The position numbers and the translations under genes are program-made. This document shows positions 1 to 10,766 of a stretch of 64,000 nucleotides of DNA, one piece after another. This DNA is from an uncultured bacterium. GTDB lineage: Bacteria; Fidelibacterota; Marinisomatia; Marinisomatales; UBA1611. The notes beneath the pieces are model-generated. The model did no database searches. It saw nothing but the letters and a program-made list of their open reading frames with translations, and was not told the DNA's origin. How positions within the stretch are numbered: the first letter of the stretch is position 1; every line of letters starts with the position of its first letter. The stretch spans positions 64,001-128,000 of the forward strand of contig CALSPG010000007.1 in NCBI GenBank assembly GCA_943788175.1. Direction: 5' to 3'.

Positions 1-1
1 G

Positions 2-394
2 TGGGATGTACATGCTTATGATGGTTTTGAGGCTACTGGTTCTTCTAATGGTCCATGGACACTATCATTTGATGCTGGGTGGGTACTTGGAGGCTTAGAC
101 AATAATACAATACCAGATGTCTTTGCACTGCATAATAACTATCCAAACCCATTTAACCCGATTACAAATATTAGATATGATATTCCTGAAGCTAGTGATG
201 TCAGAATAGATATTTATAATATTGCGGGTGAAAAAGTTAGAACATTGGTTTCCAGAGAGCATCAACCTGGTAGATATAAAATACAATGGAATGCGACAAA
301 CGAATTTGGTTCGCCAGTCGCCACCGGTATGTATATCTATAAGATTCATGCGAAGGACTTTGTTTCTGTGAAGAAATTATTACTGATGAAGTAA
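2..394 (+). CDS. 3' end of a secreted protein with T9SS/FlgD-like C-terminal sorting domain (5'-truncated by window)
   Basis: Frame 2 is open from base 2 to TAA 392-394: ...FALHNNYPNPFNPITNIRYDIP...WNATNEFGSPVATGMYIYKIHAKDFVSVKKLLLMK. Not in the supplied ORF track. Confidence 0.9.
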   Translation, partial: WDVHAYDGFEATGSSNGPWTLSFDAGWVLGGLDNNTIPDVFALHNNYPNPFNPITNIRYDIPEASDVRIDIYNIAGEKVRTLVSREHQPGRYKIQWNATNEFGSPVATGMYIYKIHAKDFVSVKKLLLMK

Positions 395-419
395 TATTCT
401 TTTAATATAGTCTTTATAT

Positions 420-447
420 AAATAAGGGGCTCAAGGGCCCCTTATTT
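420..447 (+). terminator. Intrinsic terminator hairpin
   Basis: AAATAAGGGGC-tcaagg-GCCCCTTATTT perfect 11-bp inverted repeat followed by a T-rich tract, just downstream of the CDS ending at 394. Confidence 0.85.
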
Positions 448-522
448 GTTTATACTTGTTTGTGGTTTAGTGTTAAAATTAATATATAAAATTAAATATC
501 TCTTTTATAGCAAGGAGCAACA

Positions 523-954
523 ATGCAAAAAAACAGTTTAAATAAAGTAATTTTAATTGGAAACTTAGGTCAAGACCCAGAAGCAAGGTTTACACCACAA
601 GGCACAGCGGTCACAAATTTGAGTCTTGCAACAAATGAAGCATGGAAAGATCAAAATGGTGAAATGCAAGATCGTACAGAATGGCATCGAGTTGTTTTAT
701 ATGGAAGACCAGCAGAAACAGCAGCTGAATACATGAAAAAAGGACAAATGGTTTACGTAGAAGGACGCCTCAATACGAGAGAGTGGGAAGATAAAAACCA
801 AGTTAAACGAAAAACAACAGAAATAAGATGTGACAATTTTACAATGCTTGGTAGAAGGTCAGACAATCAAGGTGGTGGAGCTCCAAGTGCGGGTGCCATG
901 AATACAGCGCCCACCCCAAGTACCAGTACAGACGACGACGACCTCCCTTTTTAA
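523..954 (+). CDS. ssb: Single-stranded DNA-binding protein
   Basis: [23 protein letters not shown]-terminal DDDLPF; AAGGAG RBS. Confidence 0.98.
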   Translation: MQKNSLNKVILIGNLGQDPEARFTPQGTAVTNLSLATNEAWKDQNGEMQDRTEWHRVVLYGRPAETAAEYMKKGQMVYVEGRLNTREWEDKNQVKRKTTEIRCDNFTMLGRRSDNQGGGAPSAGAMNTAPTPSTSTDDDDLPF

Positions 955-981
955 GTAAGCATAAAAGAATAATATTTTTGT

Positions 982-1707
982 ATGGAGAATATTGGTTTAC
1001 CTAAATCCATAAAACCAAGACCATTCTGGGTACAATATATTTCTACTTACATTGTATTTTTTTTGTCTCTATTTATTGGGAAAATCAAAGTAAATGGTAG
1101 ACACAATATTCCCAAAGAAGGTTCCTTTGTTCTTGCATCAAATCATTTTGGGTATTTTGATCCTTTTGTATTAGTACACGCAATTCGACAGCCCATTGAC
1201 TTTATTATGCAAAAAGAATTGGGAATTGAACTACATTTTCTCTTCGCACCGATGATATATGGCGCTATTCTCACAGATAGAAATAAAGTAGGGCCATCAA
1301 CAATAAAAGACTCATTAAAGTCGATTAAAAAAGGAAAAATATTAGGGATTTTCCCAGAGGGTGGGATAACAAGTACGGTGCTTACAGAAGCAAAACCAGG
1401 CGCTGTTTTTATCGCAAGTAAAGCAAACACTAAAATTTTACCCGTTTCTATTAGTGGGGGAGATCATGCTTGGGATAATATGTTAAAAGGTAATAGTTCT
1501 ATAATTACTATTAACATCGGAAAACCTTTTGGACCAATTGAAATAAAAGGTTCAAAAGAAGAAAAAATGAATAAATTAGAAAGTTATAGTAGAGAGCTTA
1601 TGTGCCGGATAGCCGCATTGCTTCCTGATCATAAACACGGTGATTTTACTGGTGATGAAACTATTAACAGATACCGTAAAGAAGACGGCTTTCGTTTTTT
1701 TAACTAA
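982..1707 (+). CDS. Lysophospholipid / 1-acyl-sn-glycerol-3-phosphate acyltransferase (PlsC family)
   Basis: NHxxxxD (NHFGYFD) and IFPEG motifs. Confidence 0.9.
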   Translation: MENIGLPKSIKPRPFWVQYISTYIVFFLSLFIGKIKVNGRHNIPKEGSFVLASNHFGYFDPFVLVHAIRQPIDFIMQKELGIELHFLFAPMIYGAILTDRNKVGPSTIKDSLKSIKKGKILGIFPEGGITSTVLTEAKPGAVFIASKANTKILPVSISGGDHAWDNMLKGNSSIITINIGKPFGPIEIKGSKEEKMNKLESYSRELMCRIAALLPDHKHGDFTGDETINRYRKEDGFRFFN

Positions 1708-1712
1708 TTGTT

Positions 1713-3113
1713 TTATTTAAAATCAGCTAAGATACTACTGATGCAACATGTTAGTTTTTTTGCAAATGGTATATGTAAAAATTCATTCGGTCCATGAGCA
1801 TTTGATTTTGGACCCAATACACCCGTAATTACAAATTGTGCCTTCGGAAATTGTTCGCCTAACATAGCCATAAAAGGAATAGTACCACCCTCGCCAATTG
1901 AGCCAGGCATCTGTTTAAAATATGAATTGGAAGCTTTTTCTATAGCCTCCAATAACCAAGGTTCTGTTTCTGGCGCATTCCAACCTTCTGCCGCTTCTTC
2001 AAAATCCAGCTCAACTGTAGCTTTGTAAGGTATGTTTTTTTCTAAAACTTTTTTAATAGCATCTACTCCTTCTTGAGGATCAACCATAGGCGGAATTCGC
2101 ATAGATAACTGAAGGGTTGTGTACGGTCTTAAAACATTTCCAGCGTTTGCGGTTGATGGTAACCCATCAGAACCAACTATAGATAGAGCTGGTTTCCAAG
2201 TTCGCCTCAAAACACCTTCTACTATATCATCTGTGGAAGGTTCCATTTCGTCTTTCCATGGAAATTCTTTCACGAGCTCATCTCCAAGAATTGAGACTAG
2301 TTTTTCCGTTTCTTTAATACGGTAGTCTGGTATATCTGTATGAAGTTCTTCTACTAAAACATTCCCGGTTTTTTCATCTTCTATTTTAGAAAGTAGGCTT
2401 CTTGCAATTCTAAATGATGAGGGTACATGCCCACTAGCACCACCAGAATGTATTCCTTCTTTTAATACTTCCACTTTCATCTTTAAACCAATCAAGCCAC
2501 GCAAAGATGTTGTTGTCCAAAAGCGTTTATAATCACCGGCCCCCGAGTCTAGACAAACAACTAGGTCTGGTGTTCCAATTAGCTCTGAACAAAGTTCCAT
2601 GTAATGTGGTAAATCAGGAGACCCGCTCTCTTCTGAAAATTCAATTAGAACTAAGATTCTAGGGTGGCTAATATTTTGTTCTTTTAGTGCATTCACACTT
2701 GCTACCGATGCAAAAAGTGCATATCCATCATCTGCTCCCCCACGACCATAAAGCTTTTCGTCTTTTATTACAGGTGTCCAAGGTCCCAACCCCTCATCCC
2801 AACCTTCCATTTCTGGCTGCTTATCTAAATGGCCATACATTAAAATATTTCCTTCTGTTGTACCTGGAATATCTAACATTATAAGAGGCGTTCTGTTTGG
2901 AGATTTTTTAACTATTAACTCTGACCCTTCTGGTTTGTTTTTTTCTGTCCAAGCCACTGCTAACTTTAAAACTTGTTCCATATGACCGTGTTTTTCCCAA
3001 TCCGGATCAAAAGATGGAGATTTGTTTGGTATTTTTATGTATTCAACTAGTGTTGGTACAATTTTATTATCCCAAAAATTTGTAATGTATTTATTTAAAA
3101 TATCTGAATTCAT
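1713..3113 (-). CDS. M20/M25/M40 family metallopeptidase (dipeptidase-like)
   Basis: YGHLDKQP, GRGGADDG, EESGS, NAHGPNE metal-binding motifs. Confidence 0.92.
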   Translation of the reverse strand: MNSDILNKYITNFWDNKIVPTLVEYIKIPNKSPSFDPDWEKHGHMEQVLKLAVAWTEKNKPEGSELIVKKSPNRTPLIMLDIPGTTEGNILMYGHLDKQPEMEGWDEGLGPWTPVIKDEKLYGRGGADDGYALFASVASVNALKEQNISHPRILVLIEFSEESGSPDLPHYMELCSELIGTPDLVVCLDSGAGDYKRFWTTTSLRGLIGLKMKVEVLKEGIHSGGASGHVPSSFRIARSLLSKIEDEKTGNVLVEELHTDIPDYRIKETEKLVSILGDELVKEFPWKDEMEPSTDDIVEGVLRRTWKPALSIVGSDGLPSTANAGNVLRPYTTLQLSMRIPPMVDPQEGVDAIKKVLEKNIPYKATVELDFEEAAEGWNAPETEPWLLEAIEKASNSYFKQMPGSIGEGGTIPFMAMLGEQFPKAQFVITGVLGPKSNAHGPNEFLHIPFAKKLTCCISSILADFK

Positions 3114-3114
3114 T

Positions 3115-5100
3115 TTATTTTAGTAGTAATAGTTTTTGAGTATAAAAACTCTGTTCATTTTCAATGACAAAAATATATGTTCCGGAAGGAACTTCCTGTC
3201 CTAAGTTATTCAACCCGTTCCATGTTAAATAGTGAGTACCTTTTTTAATGTTCCCCTCGAATAAATCGATTACTGATTGACCCATAAGGTTAAATATTTT
3301 TGCTGAAATTATATTATCACCACTTGTTTTATAAGGTATCTTGATATTATTATTAAATGGGTTTGGGTATGCTGTTTCTAATTTAAATTTATTTAAGACC
3401 GCATCTTCTTTGGGTGTGCTAAGAACAGACTCAAATGAAATTGATTCTATATTAAACCCACCTTGAACAATTTGAAGTCTAATAAACTGATTTTCGTTTG
3501 AAATCTCCACATTAGGTATTGTTAAATCAGACCAATTATACCAACCTCCGGTAGAAGTTGGTACGTTAAGTACACTTATGTTTACTCCATTGATTTGGAT
3601 AAAAAACATACCACCATCCCCATTAGAGGCAACAGAAACATTTATATTGTAATTTCCAGGCGTGACATTTTCAACCGTGTAGCCAAGCCATTCTCCAGTT
3701 TCTGTCCAACCAATATTGTAAGGATACCCATTAGGGTTTGTGTTACTTTCAACATCAACACCATCATTTCTATAGCTCCAGCCATCATTGTAGCCACCAT
3801 CACCATTATTGTACCAATTATCATCTGTATATGATATTCCCCAATTTCCCACATCATAATGGACTGCTGCGATTGTTCCTGGAATTGAGTGAGCTCTATA
3901 CGGCTTTGAAACTGATCCATATTCAGGGTCGGTTAAGCAAGAAATAACACCCTCATTTACATGACAATTTTCAATTTTTAAATTTTCTGTAAGAGTAGAC
4001 AAAGCATACTCTGCTTCTTGTGAAGTAGGGGGAACAGTATTTCCTTCGAAATAGTTTAATAAATTATTGTATTCTGGCGAAATAATGGCGGAATAAGGAC
4101 TAGTTATTTTATCAGCTTTTTTATGGCACCAAAAATTCCAACCTATGTTATTTTCTTCTAGTAATTTAATCAAAGTCTCATAATACCAAGAGTTAGAATT
4201 TTCTCCTGATTCGCCCATCCATAATGGAACATTATAGGTGTTACGCATTGACAAATAAGATTGAATAGTTGATATATCTGTCTCCCCCCAATATTTATGA
4301 AAGGAATAGGACATATTATTATCCCAGGGTGGAGTAAGTCCAGAAAAATCAGTTCCATACCAATTCCCTTCAACAAAAACGATATGGTTTTGGTCTACCT
4401 CTCTTATAGCTTGCGTAATATCTATGTAGAGTTGTTTGAATTCAGTTAGGCTTACCCCTCCTGGTAAAACAGGCTCATTGATTAAGTCATACCCACCAAT
4501 AAGTGTATTGTCAGAATAGTAGTCCGCTATTTCTCTCCAAATTTGAACTGTTAATTCTTTTTTATCCTCTTCAAGCCATAATCTAGCTATACCATCGCTA
4601 TCGCTAATTGGACCGCCATTTTGTGCGCCTGGCGCACAATGCATATCAAGAATAACGTACATATTATAAGGCTCACACCAGGAAAGAAGTGTGTCTACAA
4701 TTTCGTATCCAATTGGCGTTGATCCATCTTCCGTGTGAAACTGTTTGTAGTGAAATGGAAGCCTTATATGGTTAAAACCCCATTCAGCAATCTGATCAAT
4801 GTCGGCCCTGGACACGAAATTTTTTCTATACTCATCCCAAAACTCGTTTGATTTTTCTTCTCCAATTAAATCTACAACATGGTTCTCTATTTGAGTTGGA
4901 GATTCGAAACCTTCTATCCAGGCTCTATTTATAAGCATATACCCTTCAGGGACCAGCCAACCGCCTAGCCCAAAACCTCTTAGTAATATTGGTTCGCCGT
5001 TGCCTTCTACAATTTCTTTTCCAGCAGTGTGTAAAAACCCCTGAGAAAAAGATAAACCAGATAAAATTAAAATTATTTTTATTAATCGCATTCTTCGCAT
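3115..5100 (-). CDS. Secreted GH5 glycoside hydrolase + CBM6-like module + T9SS-like CTD
   Basis: Signal peptide; GFGLGGWLVPEGYM, DMHCAPG, acid/base LINEP, nucleophile WMGESGEN; GWTETGEWLGYTV/TGGWYNW CBM6-like; YPNPFN...KLLLLK. Confidence 0.88.
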   Translation of the reverse strand: MRRMRLIKIILILSGLSFSQGFLHTAGKEIVEGNGEPILLRGFGLGGWLVPEGYMLINRAWIEGFESPTQIENHVVDLIGEEKSNEFWDEYRKNFVSRADIDQIAEWGFNHIRLPFHYKQFHTEDGSTPIGYEIVDTLLSWCEPYNMYVILDMHCAPGAQNGGPISDSDGIARLWLEEDKKELTVQIWREIADYYSDNTLIGGYDLINEPVLPGGVSLTEFKQLYIDITQAIREVDQNHIVFVEGNWYGTDFSGLTPPWDNNMSYSFHKYWGETDISTIQSYLSMRNTYNVPLWMGESGENSNSWYYETLIKLLEENNIGWNFWCHKKADKITSPYSAIISPEYNNLLNYFEGNTVPPTSQEAEYALSTLTENLKIENCHVNEGVISCLTDPEYGSVSKPYRAHSIPGTIAAVHYDVGNWGISYTDDNWYNNGDGGYNDGWSYRNDGVDVESNTNPNGYPYNIGWTETGEWLGYTVENVTPGNYNINVSVASNGDGGMFFIQINGVNISVLNVPTSTGGWYNWSDLTIPNVEISNENQFIRLQIVQGGFNIESISFESVLSTPKEDAVLNKFKLETAYPNPFNNNIKIPYKTSGDNIISAKIFNLMGQSVIDLFEGNIKKGTHYLTWNGLNNLGQEVPSGTYIFVIENEQSFYTQKLLLLK

Positions 5101-6296
5101 TTATTAAAACATATTAAATTTAGAACTTTATCGGCAGATTCTGTAACTACTATTCGATCATTGTATTGGCCCGTGCCGCAATTACTAGGCACCGTTTCCC
5201 AACCACCAGACCAGGTAGTAGGGAAATACCCATTTCTAAATTTATAAGTAAAAGTAGATTTTTTTGGTAATGATAAACTAACAGACCAGATATCAGTCCC
5301 TTCTTGAGGAAACATTCGTATACCACCAGGGGAGCCAGACCCAATAGTTCCACCTGATATCCAAACCCCTGTTCCTCCAACATTAACGTTTTTCATATCA
5401 ACAGAGACTGTCACCATCACATCATTTTCTACAGTTGTTTTTTCATAAACCTTTACATAATCAACCATCATCTCCAAAGGGAATCGTGTCGCGTCAACGC
5501 CTTGAACACCTCCCCAATCACCACCAACAGCTAGGTTTAAAATAATATAGTGAGGGTTATCAAAAGGCCACTTAGAAATGTCACCATCACTATCATTATA
5601 GACAAAAAAGTATGGATCATTATCAACCAAAAACCTTAAATAATTTGGAGTCCACTCTAAGCTATAAACATGAAAGCTATCTGTGGCTGTATTAATTATT
5701 GTTGAACCTGATTTTTGGGTGTTTAAATTATGGTTAAATGTTTCGGTATGAATCGAGCCATGAATTATATCATCCTCGTAACCTACGTGTTCCATTATAT
5801 CTATTTCACCACATTGTGGCCAACCATCTGTGCTAATATTTTCGCCAAGCATCCAAATTGCCGGCCAAGAGCCGCGCCCCTTTGGTAGCTTAGCTCTGAT
5901 GTCAAAACGACCATATGTTTTATTGAATTTACCAGCTGTGTTTATTCTTCCGGATGTATAGTCGGAATTATAGTCGTTCCCCTGGTAGTCTTTATCAAAA
6001 TAACCCGGTTCCACAAGAGCTCGAATAACCAAGCACCCATCTTTAAAATATAAATTTGTATCTCTGTTTGTATAGGCCTGCAGTTCGTTATTTACCCAGC
6101 CTGGTCTCCATTTTAAAATATTCCACTTATTATTATCTAACACTGGGCCATTAAATTCTTCATTCCAAATAAGACTCCAGGTTGAATCAGACTCTTCAGG
6201 TACAATATTATCATTAGCATTTTCACTTTCAGAATCATTACACCCAAAAATGAATATTAAAAATATGATATATAAAAATTTTGAAAAATTAAACAT
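5082..6296 (-). CDS. GH16 laminarinase-type lipoprotein with C-terminal accessory domain
   Basis: Lipobox IFGC; NNELQAYT, WPAIWMLG, catalytic EIDIME, ILNLAVGG. Confidence 0.92.
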   Translation of the reverse strand: MFNFSKFLYIIFLIFIFGCNDSESENANDNIVPEESDSTWSLIWNEEFNGPVLDNNKWNILKWRPGWVNNELQAYTNRDTNLYFKDGCLVIRALVEPGYFDKDYQGNDYNSDYTSGRINTAGKFNKTYGRFDIRAKLPKGRGSWPAIWMLGENISTDGWPQCGEIDIMEHVGYEDDIIHGSIHTETFNHNLNTQKSGSTIINTATDSFHVYSLEWTPNYLRFLVDNDPYFFVYNDSDGDISKWPFDNPHYIILNLAVGGDWGGVQGVDATRFPLEMMVDYVKVYEKTTVENDVMVTVSVDMKNVNVGGTGVWISGGTIGSGSPGGIRMFPQEGTDIWSVSLSLPKKSTFTYKFRNGYFPTTWSGGWETVPSNCGTGQYNDRIVVTESADKVLNLICFNKCEECD

Positions 6297-6300
6297 TATA

Positions 6301-7386
6301 CTATTTAACGAATAAAACCTTTGCGTTTTTGATTAACGTTCCATTATTTATTTTTAAAATATATGTACCAGAAGAAACATTTTCTCCTTTATTGTTCTTG
6401 CCGTTCCAAACAATATTTTTTTCTCTATTGGTATGGTGTGTCCAATTCGACTTGTAAATAATATTTCCATTAATATCATATACATTAAAATTAATTAAAG
6501 AGTTTTCATTTGTTTTGATGGGTATAGAAACACGCCCATTAAAAGGATTTGGGTAGGGAGGTTTTATTTGAAATAATTGTGGTAATTGATTATCGCTTAA
6601 TTTAAGTGGGTCCCCATTATAACCTGTATCTCCAGGTTTTGTTAAACATAAAATCATATAGCCGGATTGGAACACAACATTTGCATATGTGAAATCTGCA
6701 TTGTTTCCGTCAAAAGAGTGCGATGCTTTGCTCCAACGATCTCGGTCATAATCATCAAAATCATCTTTCCATAACTCTATGAAATTATTATTTGTTCCTG
6801 CATTTCCTGTGCCTGGTACATAGGCATAATATTTAACCCAATCATAAAGTGCATACGAAGGCAGTGTTGTCTCATCAAAAGACCCGGCCCAGCTCACGGA
6901 AGTTGGTTGCCAGATGTTCATCATTAATTGTTGAGGATGATAAAGTGAATCAACATAGAAATTATTTATATACCGAATAAGCATATCATCAACAAAAAAG
7001 GCAATGTAGTCTGGGGTCCACTCAATAGCATAATCATGAAAGTTTTCTTGTGGGTTAAAACTAACAACTGTTTGATCTGGGAGGTCCCATTGGTTTTGTA
7101 TAATTAAATTCGTTGTTACCTTATTATCATACCTACCGAGTAATTCAATATCTATTTCATTCCAGTGTTGCGCTCCAACTAACCCCTCTGCCCAATAATC
7201 CCTATATAAAAAGAAAGAATTTACAACTCCGCTTCCAGGTGCTGCTTTCATTCTAGTCTCAAAACGACCATACTGAAATGTTTGGTCTGTTCTTAGTTCA
7301 CCTCCGCGATAAGGTTCTGCAACTAAAATACTTAAAATAGTGAAGGATGATACAAAACATAATTTCATTATAGAAATTTTTTTCAT
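6301..7386 (-). CDS. GH16 licheninase-type (circularly permuted) beta-glucanase + T9SS-like CTD
   Basis: YRGGELRT..YGRFE directly after the signal peptide; catalytic EIDIE (no beta-bulge); WKDDFD..RW..MILCLT segment placed after the core; YPNPFN CTD. Confidence 0.88.
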   Translation of the reverse strand: MKKISIMKLCFVSSFTILSILVAEPYRGGELRTDQTFQYGRFETRMKAAPGSGVVNSFFLYRDYWAEGLVGAQHWNEIDIELLGRYDNKVTTNLIIQNQWDLPDQTVVSFNPQENFHDYAIEWTPDYIAFFVDDMLIRYINNFYVDSLYHPQQLMMNIWQPTSVSWAGSFDETTLPSYALYDWVKYYAYVPGTGNAGTNNNFIELWKDDFDDYDRDRWSKASHSFDGNNADFTYANVVFQSGYMILCLTKPGDTGYNGDPLKLSDNQLPQLFQIKPPYPNPFNGRVSIPIKTNENSLINFNVYDINGNIIYKSNWTHHTNREKNIVWNGKNNKGENVSSGTYILKINNGTLIKNAKVLFVK

Positions 7387-10300
7387 TAAAGTATAAAACT
7401 CGATTTAAGACAACTAACTTTTATTTCTTTTATCTCTCCTGATCTAGAAAACAATTTTTTACTGATTTCAGCGGGTAGAATATTTCCTGAGATATTTTCT
7501 GTAGTTTGATTATTAAACGAAACAGATAAGTTGTAACCTTGTTCAGATAGTTGATATATGATTGGAACTTGACAATATGTAAAGGCAAGTTGCTGTGGCT
7601 TAAGACTGTATTCACAGAAATTATGATTTATATCAACATATGAAAAAACAGCATCTTCTTTTAAAAATTCAGATAATTTTAGAAGATTGGTTTGGAAAAC
7701 AAGTTTGCCATTTTTTAGAGAGCATCCTAATTCTCCCATCCGTGTAATAATTTCTTCCTTGACTTGTCCTGTCATTCCTGGTTGCTGAGCACCCCTATTA
7801 TATGGAGTATGAGAGTAAGGGTCGTAAGGGAAAGCTCCGTATTGTTCAGGAGTTTTATCTGAACTAAGACCAGCTCTTATTTTGTAATATAAATCACCGA
7901 GTTTTTTTATTATCGAAATATCCTCTTTCGTATTGACAGCTTCAAAAAACAATTCTTGGGTAGCTAATAACAATTTAGAAACCATGTGCCAATATATAGA
8001 TCCAATTCCTTCATAGGCATACATAGTTCCTGATCTACCGGTGTAGTTTTGGTGATCAAAAATTTCAAGATAATAGTTTAAAACCTTATTTTTTTCTTTT
8101 TGAATATCTTTAGCGTACTTTTCAACATTTGACAAACGGTCTAGTTTTTTTTCAAGAAAATTTGAATTAATTAGTGATTCATTAAATCGATAGTTACCAA
8201 CATCGTCTATATAAAGTATTTCAGTGTTTTTTTGTTCTATTAGGTTTTTGAAAAGATTACAATCATCAACAATATTATCTGGAATTATATTTTTATCTAA
8301 AAATCTTTTTAATTTTTTTCGCGGATAAAGCATAAAACTATTTTGTTCTGATTGGTACATGTCACTTTTAAAAAGAGAAGAAAGAATATTTATCGCCTCT
8401 TTTGGCTTAACCTGTCCAGAACTTAGAGCGGACACCTGTCCTTCAAGCATCGGGAAAAGAGCTGAGACATTTATTTCATTCGTTTTATCTATGTTAATAG
8501 TATTGTAGGCAGAATAAAGATATTTATTTAGGTTGTTTTTCATTGAGCTTTCAAAATAACGTAAAACCAAATTGTTAAAATCTATTAAATCAATGATTTT
8601 TAATTTTTCACTGTTTTTTGATATCTGGTTATATGTTTGTGACCTATAGCGTGAAAAAGCTTCTTGTAATTCAACAACAAAGTTTTTTCTGCTGGTAGGT
8701 CCGATTTTACCTTCTAGGCTAGATTCATAACTCTCAAAAATATTTTTAATAGTTTTAAACCACATTACTACTTCAGAAGAAATTTCAACCTCAACATTAT
8801 TTACATCAGAAAGGACCTTGTTTAAAAACAGTATATGTCGATTTAAGTAGTAAAGTGTTACCATTGAAACACCATAACCCACTAAGGCATTGTTAGCATC
8901 GTTCCATTCAGGTCTTTGTGCATTCAGCCAGATACCACCATCGGGGATGAAATTTGATAATTTTGATAATTGTAGTATCAAAAGTTTTTCCGCCATTGTA
9001 ACATGGACCACTTTATTTTTATCAATGACTAACTTAGCATCTGTTCCAAAGTCTTCAATTTTATTTATGATGACTTGATGAAGTTCGTGATCAAATTCTA
9101 TCGTGTCTTTGGGGTTGTTTAGGATTTCATTAGAGCTTTTAATTTTATAAGGAACGTTAGCCGAACTAAATATTTTAGAGTTGAAATAACGTAAAATAAA
9201 GTCACTATTTATTTCCCATTGAGATTCAAGCAGTTTTAACAGATATATAATTTGATGATCATTCCAGTATCCAATGTGACTCCACGTATCTTCCTCATCC
9301 ACAACCTCCCAATCAATCCCTTCTTTATTTATTCTGTATGGATTATATCCGTCAGTTGTGCATGCATTTAAAAATTTGCATATTATTGATTCAAGAGACT
9401 TTGGATAACTTATAGAAAGACCTTCCCAGTTTTGAAAGATATCTCGCCAGTTCCCTTCGTGGTAGTATAAAACAGAATTCCCATCATTTACTTTTATATT
9501 AAACTGATTCCAAGGTCTGCTTGGGTCGCCATGCCTTCTGCCAAAAGTGAGAGGCAAGTATTCGTAACACAATCTTAAAAGAGAAGAATTTTCTCTGGTT
9601 TCCCCAAAATGGATTAGGTCAGTTAAATTACTCTTTTCATCAAGTTGACTTAGGTCTTCTTTAACAGCATTATATTCATTTTTATTTCTTGTCTTTAAAA
9701 AATCAATAAAATCATTTTTATTTATATCATAGTTTTGAACAAAAATCCCACCACGCATTATGTTAAAGAGGACATTCGATGTATGATGTAAATTATTGTT
9801 AGTAGATGAAGTGAGCTGAAAGCCATCTGAGCTTCCTATATATTTCATTAATGAAATATGATTTTCTTTTATGCTTTTATCAATCTCGTTACTTATAGTG
9901 TTTATTGATTCATTTAGATGGACAATGTTTTTATGATTTTGATTTACATCTAATACTATATCCCAATTAGCTTTTTGGTCTGGTTTTAATTTTTTTCGAG
10001 TATTTATAAAATAAGACCCCGGCACTCCAGTTATAACATCTTCATTGTTATTTGCATTCTCAGGAAAAAGAAGCGTTGCTTTAAAATTAATTTCACTTCG
10101 AAACCATGCGGTATTAGCAGTTAGGGATTCTCCTGGGTCTGGCCTATCCATTATCAAAGACCCAAGAGAGAAGATTGCGAGGTTTGTATCTCGAATAATC
10201 TCTGAATGTTTATAGGCATTTGATAGGTTGCTTAAAGATTGTTGTGTTTGTACATCAAGTCCTGAAGGTAAAATATTTTGAAGGCCATCAATTATTTCAA

Positions 10301-10766
10301 ACTCAAACTCTTCTTCTGAGTTATTTACTAATGCTGTTCTTTTTATAAATCCAAATTCTCTACTAGGTAACCATTGGTATCTAAAAGAAAGTTTTAAATC
10401 TTTATTTATTTCTTCATAAAGAATATTATCGCCGAGAGCATCCTTGTATAGATTTCTTTGAACATTATGTTTTGCGGGTAAATAAGAAAGGGGAGACCAG
10501 GTATCAACTTTTTCATTACTTTTATAAATATTAATTTTTGTGCATGGACCAGTTGTGTTCAAACTAGTATGAATTAAGTTATCTGTAATATATGGAAACA
10601 GGGCATGATCCGCCTTTTCTCTTCCGGCGGTAAGTGCGCCATTGCTTGAAATAAACATCCAATGGTTGTCGCTGCTTGTTAAGCTCATTAAGAAAGGGTC
10701 CATCCGGTCAACATTTTTTATTTTATATGCTGGTTTTTTCATTGTCATACTAGATATGTTTATCAA
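7386..10766 (-). CDS. GH149 beta-1,3-glucan phosphorylase
   Basis: 1126 aa, no signal peptide; RRHGDPSRPWN, EGNWRDIFQNWE, YEGIGSIYWHMVSKL and QPGMTGQVKE motifs recalled for GH149; beta-glucan locus context. Confidence 0.85.
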   Translation of the reverse strand: MINISSMTMKKPAYKIKNVDRMDPFLMSLTSSDNHWMFISSNGALTAGREKADHALFPYITDNLIHTSLNTTGPCTKINIYKSNEKVDTWSPLSYLPAKHNVQRNLYKDALGDNILYEEINKDLKLSFRYQWLPSREFGFIKRTALVNNSEEEFEFEIIDGLQNILPSGLDVQTQQSLSNLSNAYKHSEIIRDTNLAIFSLGSLIMDRPDPGESLTANTAWFRSEINFKATLLFPENANNNEDVITGVPGSYFINTRKKLKPDQKANWDIVLDVNQNHKNIVHLNESINTISNEIDKSIKENHISLMKYIGSSDGFQLTSSTNNNLHHTSNVLFNIMRGGIFVQNYDINKNDFIDFLKTRNKNEYNAVKEDLSQLDEKSNLTDLIHFGETRENSSLLRLCYEYLPLTFGRRHGDPSRPWNQFNIKVNDGNSVLYYHEGNWRDIFQNWEGLSISYPKSLESIICKFLNACTTDGYNPYRINKEGIDWEVVDEEDTWSHIGYWNDHQIIYLLKLLESQWEINSDFILRYFNSKIFSSANVPYKIKSSNEILNNPKDTIEFDHELHQVIINKIEDFGTDAKLVIDKNKVVHVTMAEKLLILQLSKLSNFIPDGGIWLNAQRPEWNDANNALVGYGVSMVTLYYLNRHILFLNKVLSDVNNVEVEISSEVVMWFKTIKNIFESYESSLEGKIGPTSRKNFVVELQEAFSRYRSQTYNQISKNSEKLKIIDLIDFNNLVLRYFESSMKNNLNKYLYSAYNTINIDKTNEINVSALFPMLEGQVSALSSGQVKPKEAINILSSLFKSDMYQSEQNSFMLYPRKKLKRFLDKNIIPDNIVDDCNLFKNLIEQKNTEILYIDDVGNYRFNESLINSNFLEKKLDRLSNVEKYAKDIQKEKNKVLNYYLEIFDHQNYTGRSGTMYAYEGIGSIYWHMVSKLLLATQELFFEAVNTKEDISIIKKLGDLYYKIRAGLSSDKTPEQYGAFPYDPYSHTPYNRGAQQPGMTGQVKEEIITRMGELGCSLKNGKLVFQTNLLKLSEFLKEDAVFSYVDINHNFCEYSLKPQQLAFTYCQVPIIYQLSEQGYNLSVSFNNQTTENISGNILPAEISKKLFSRSGEIKEIKVSCLKSSFIL

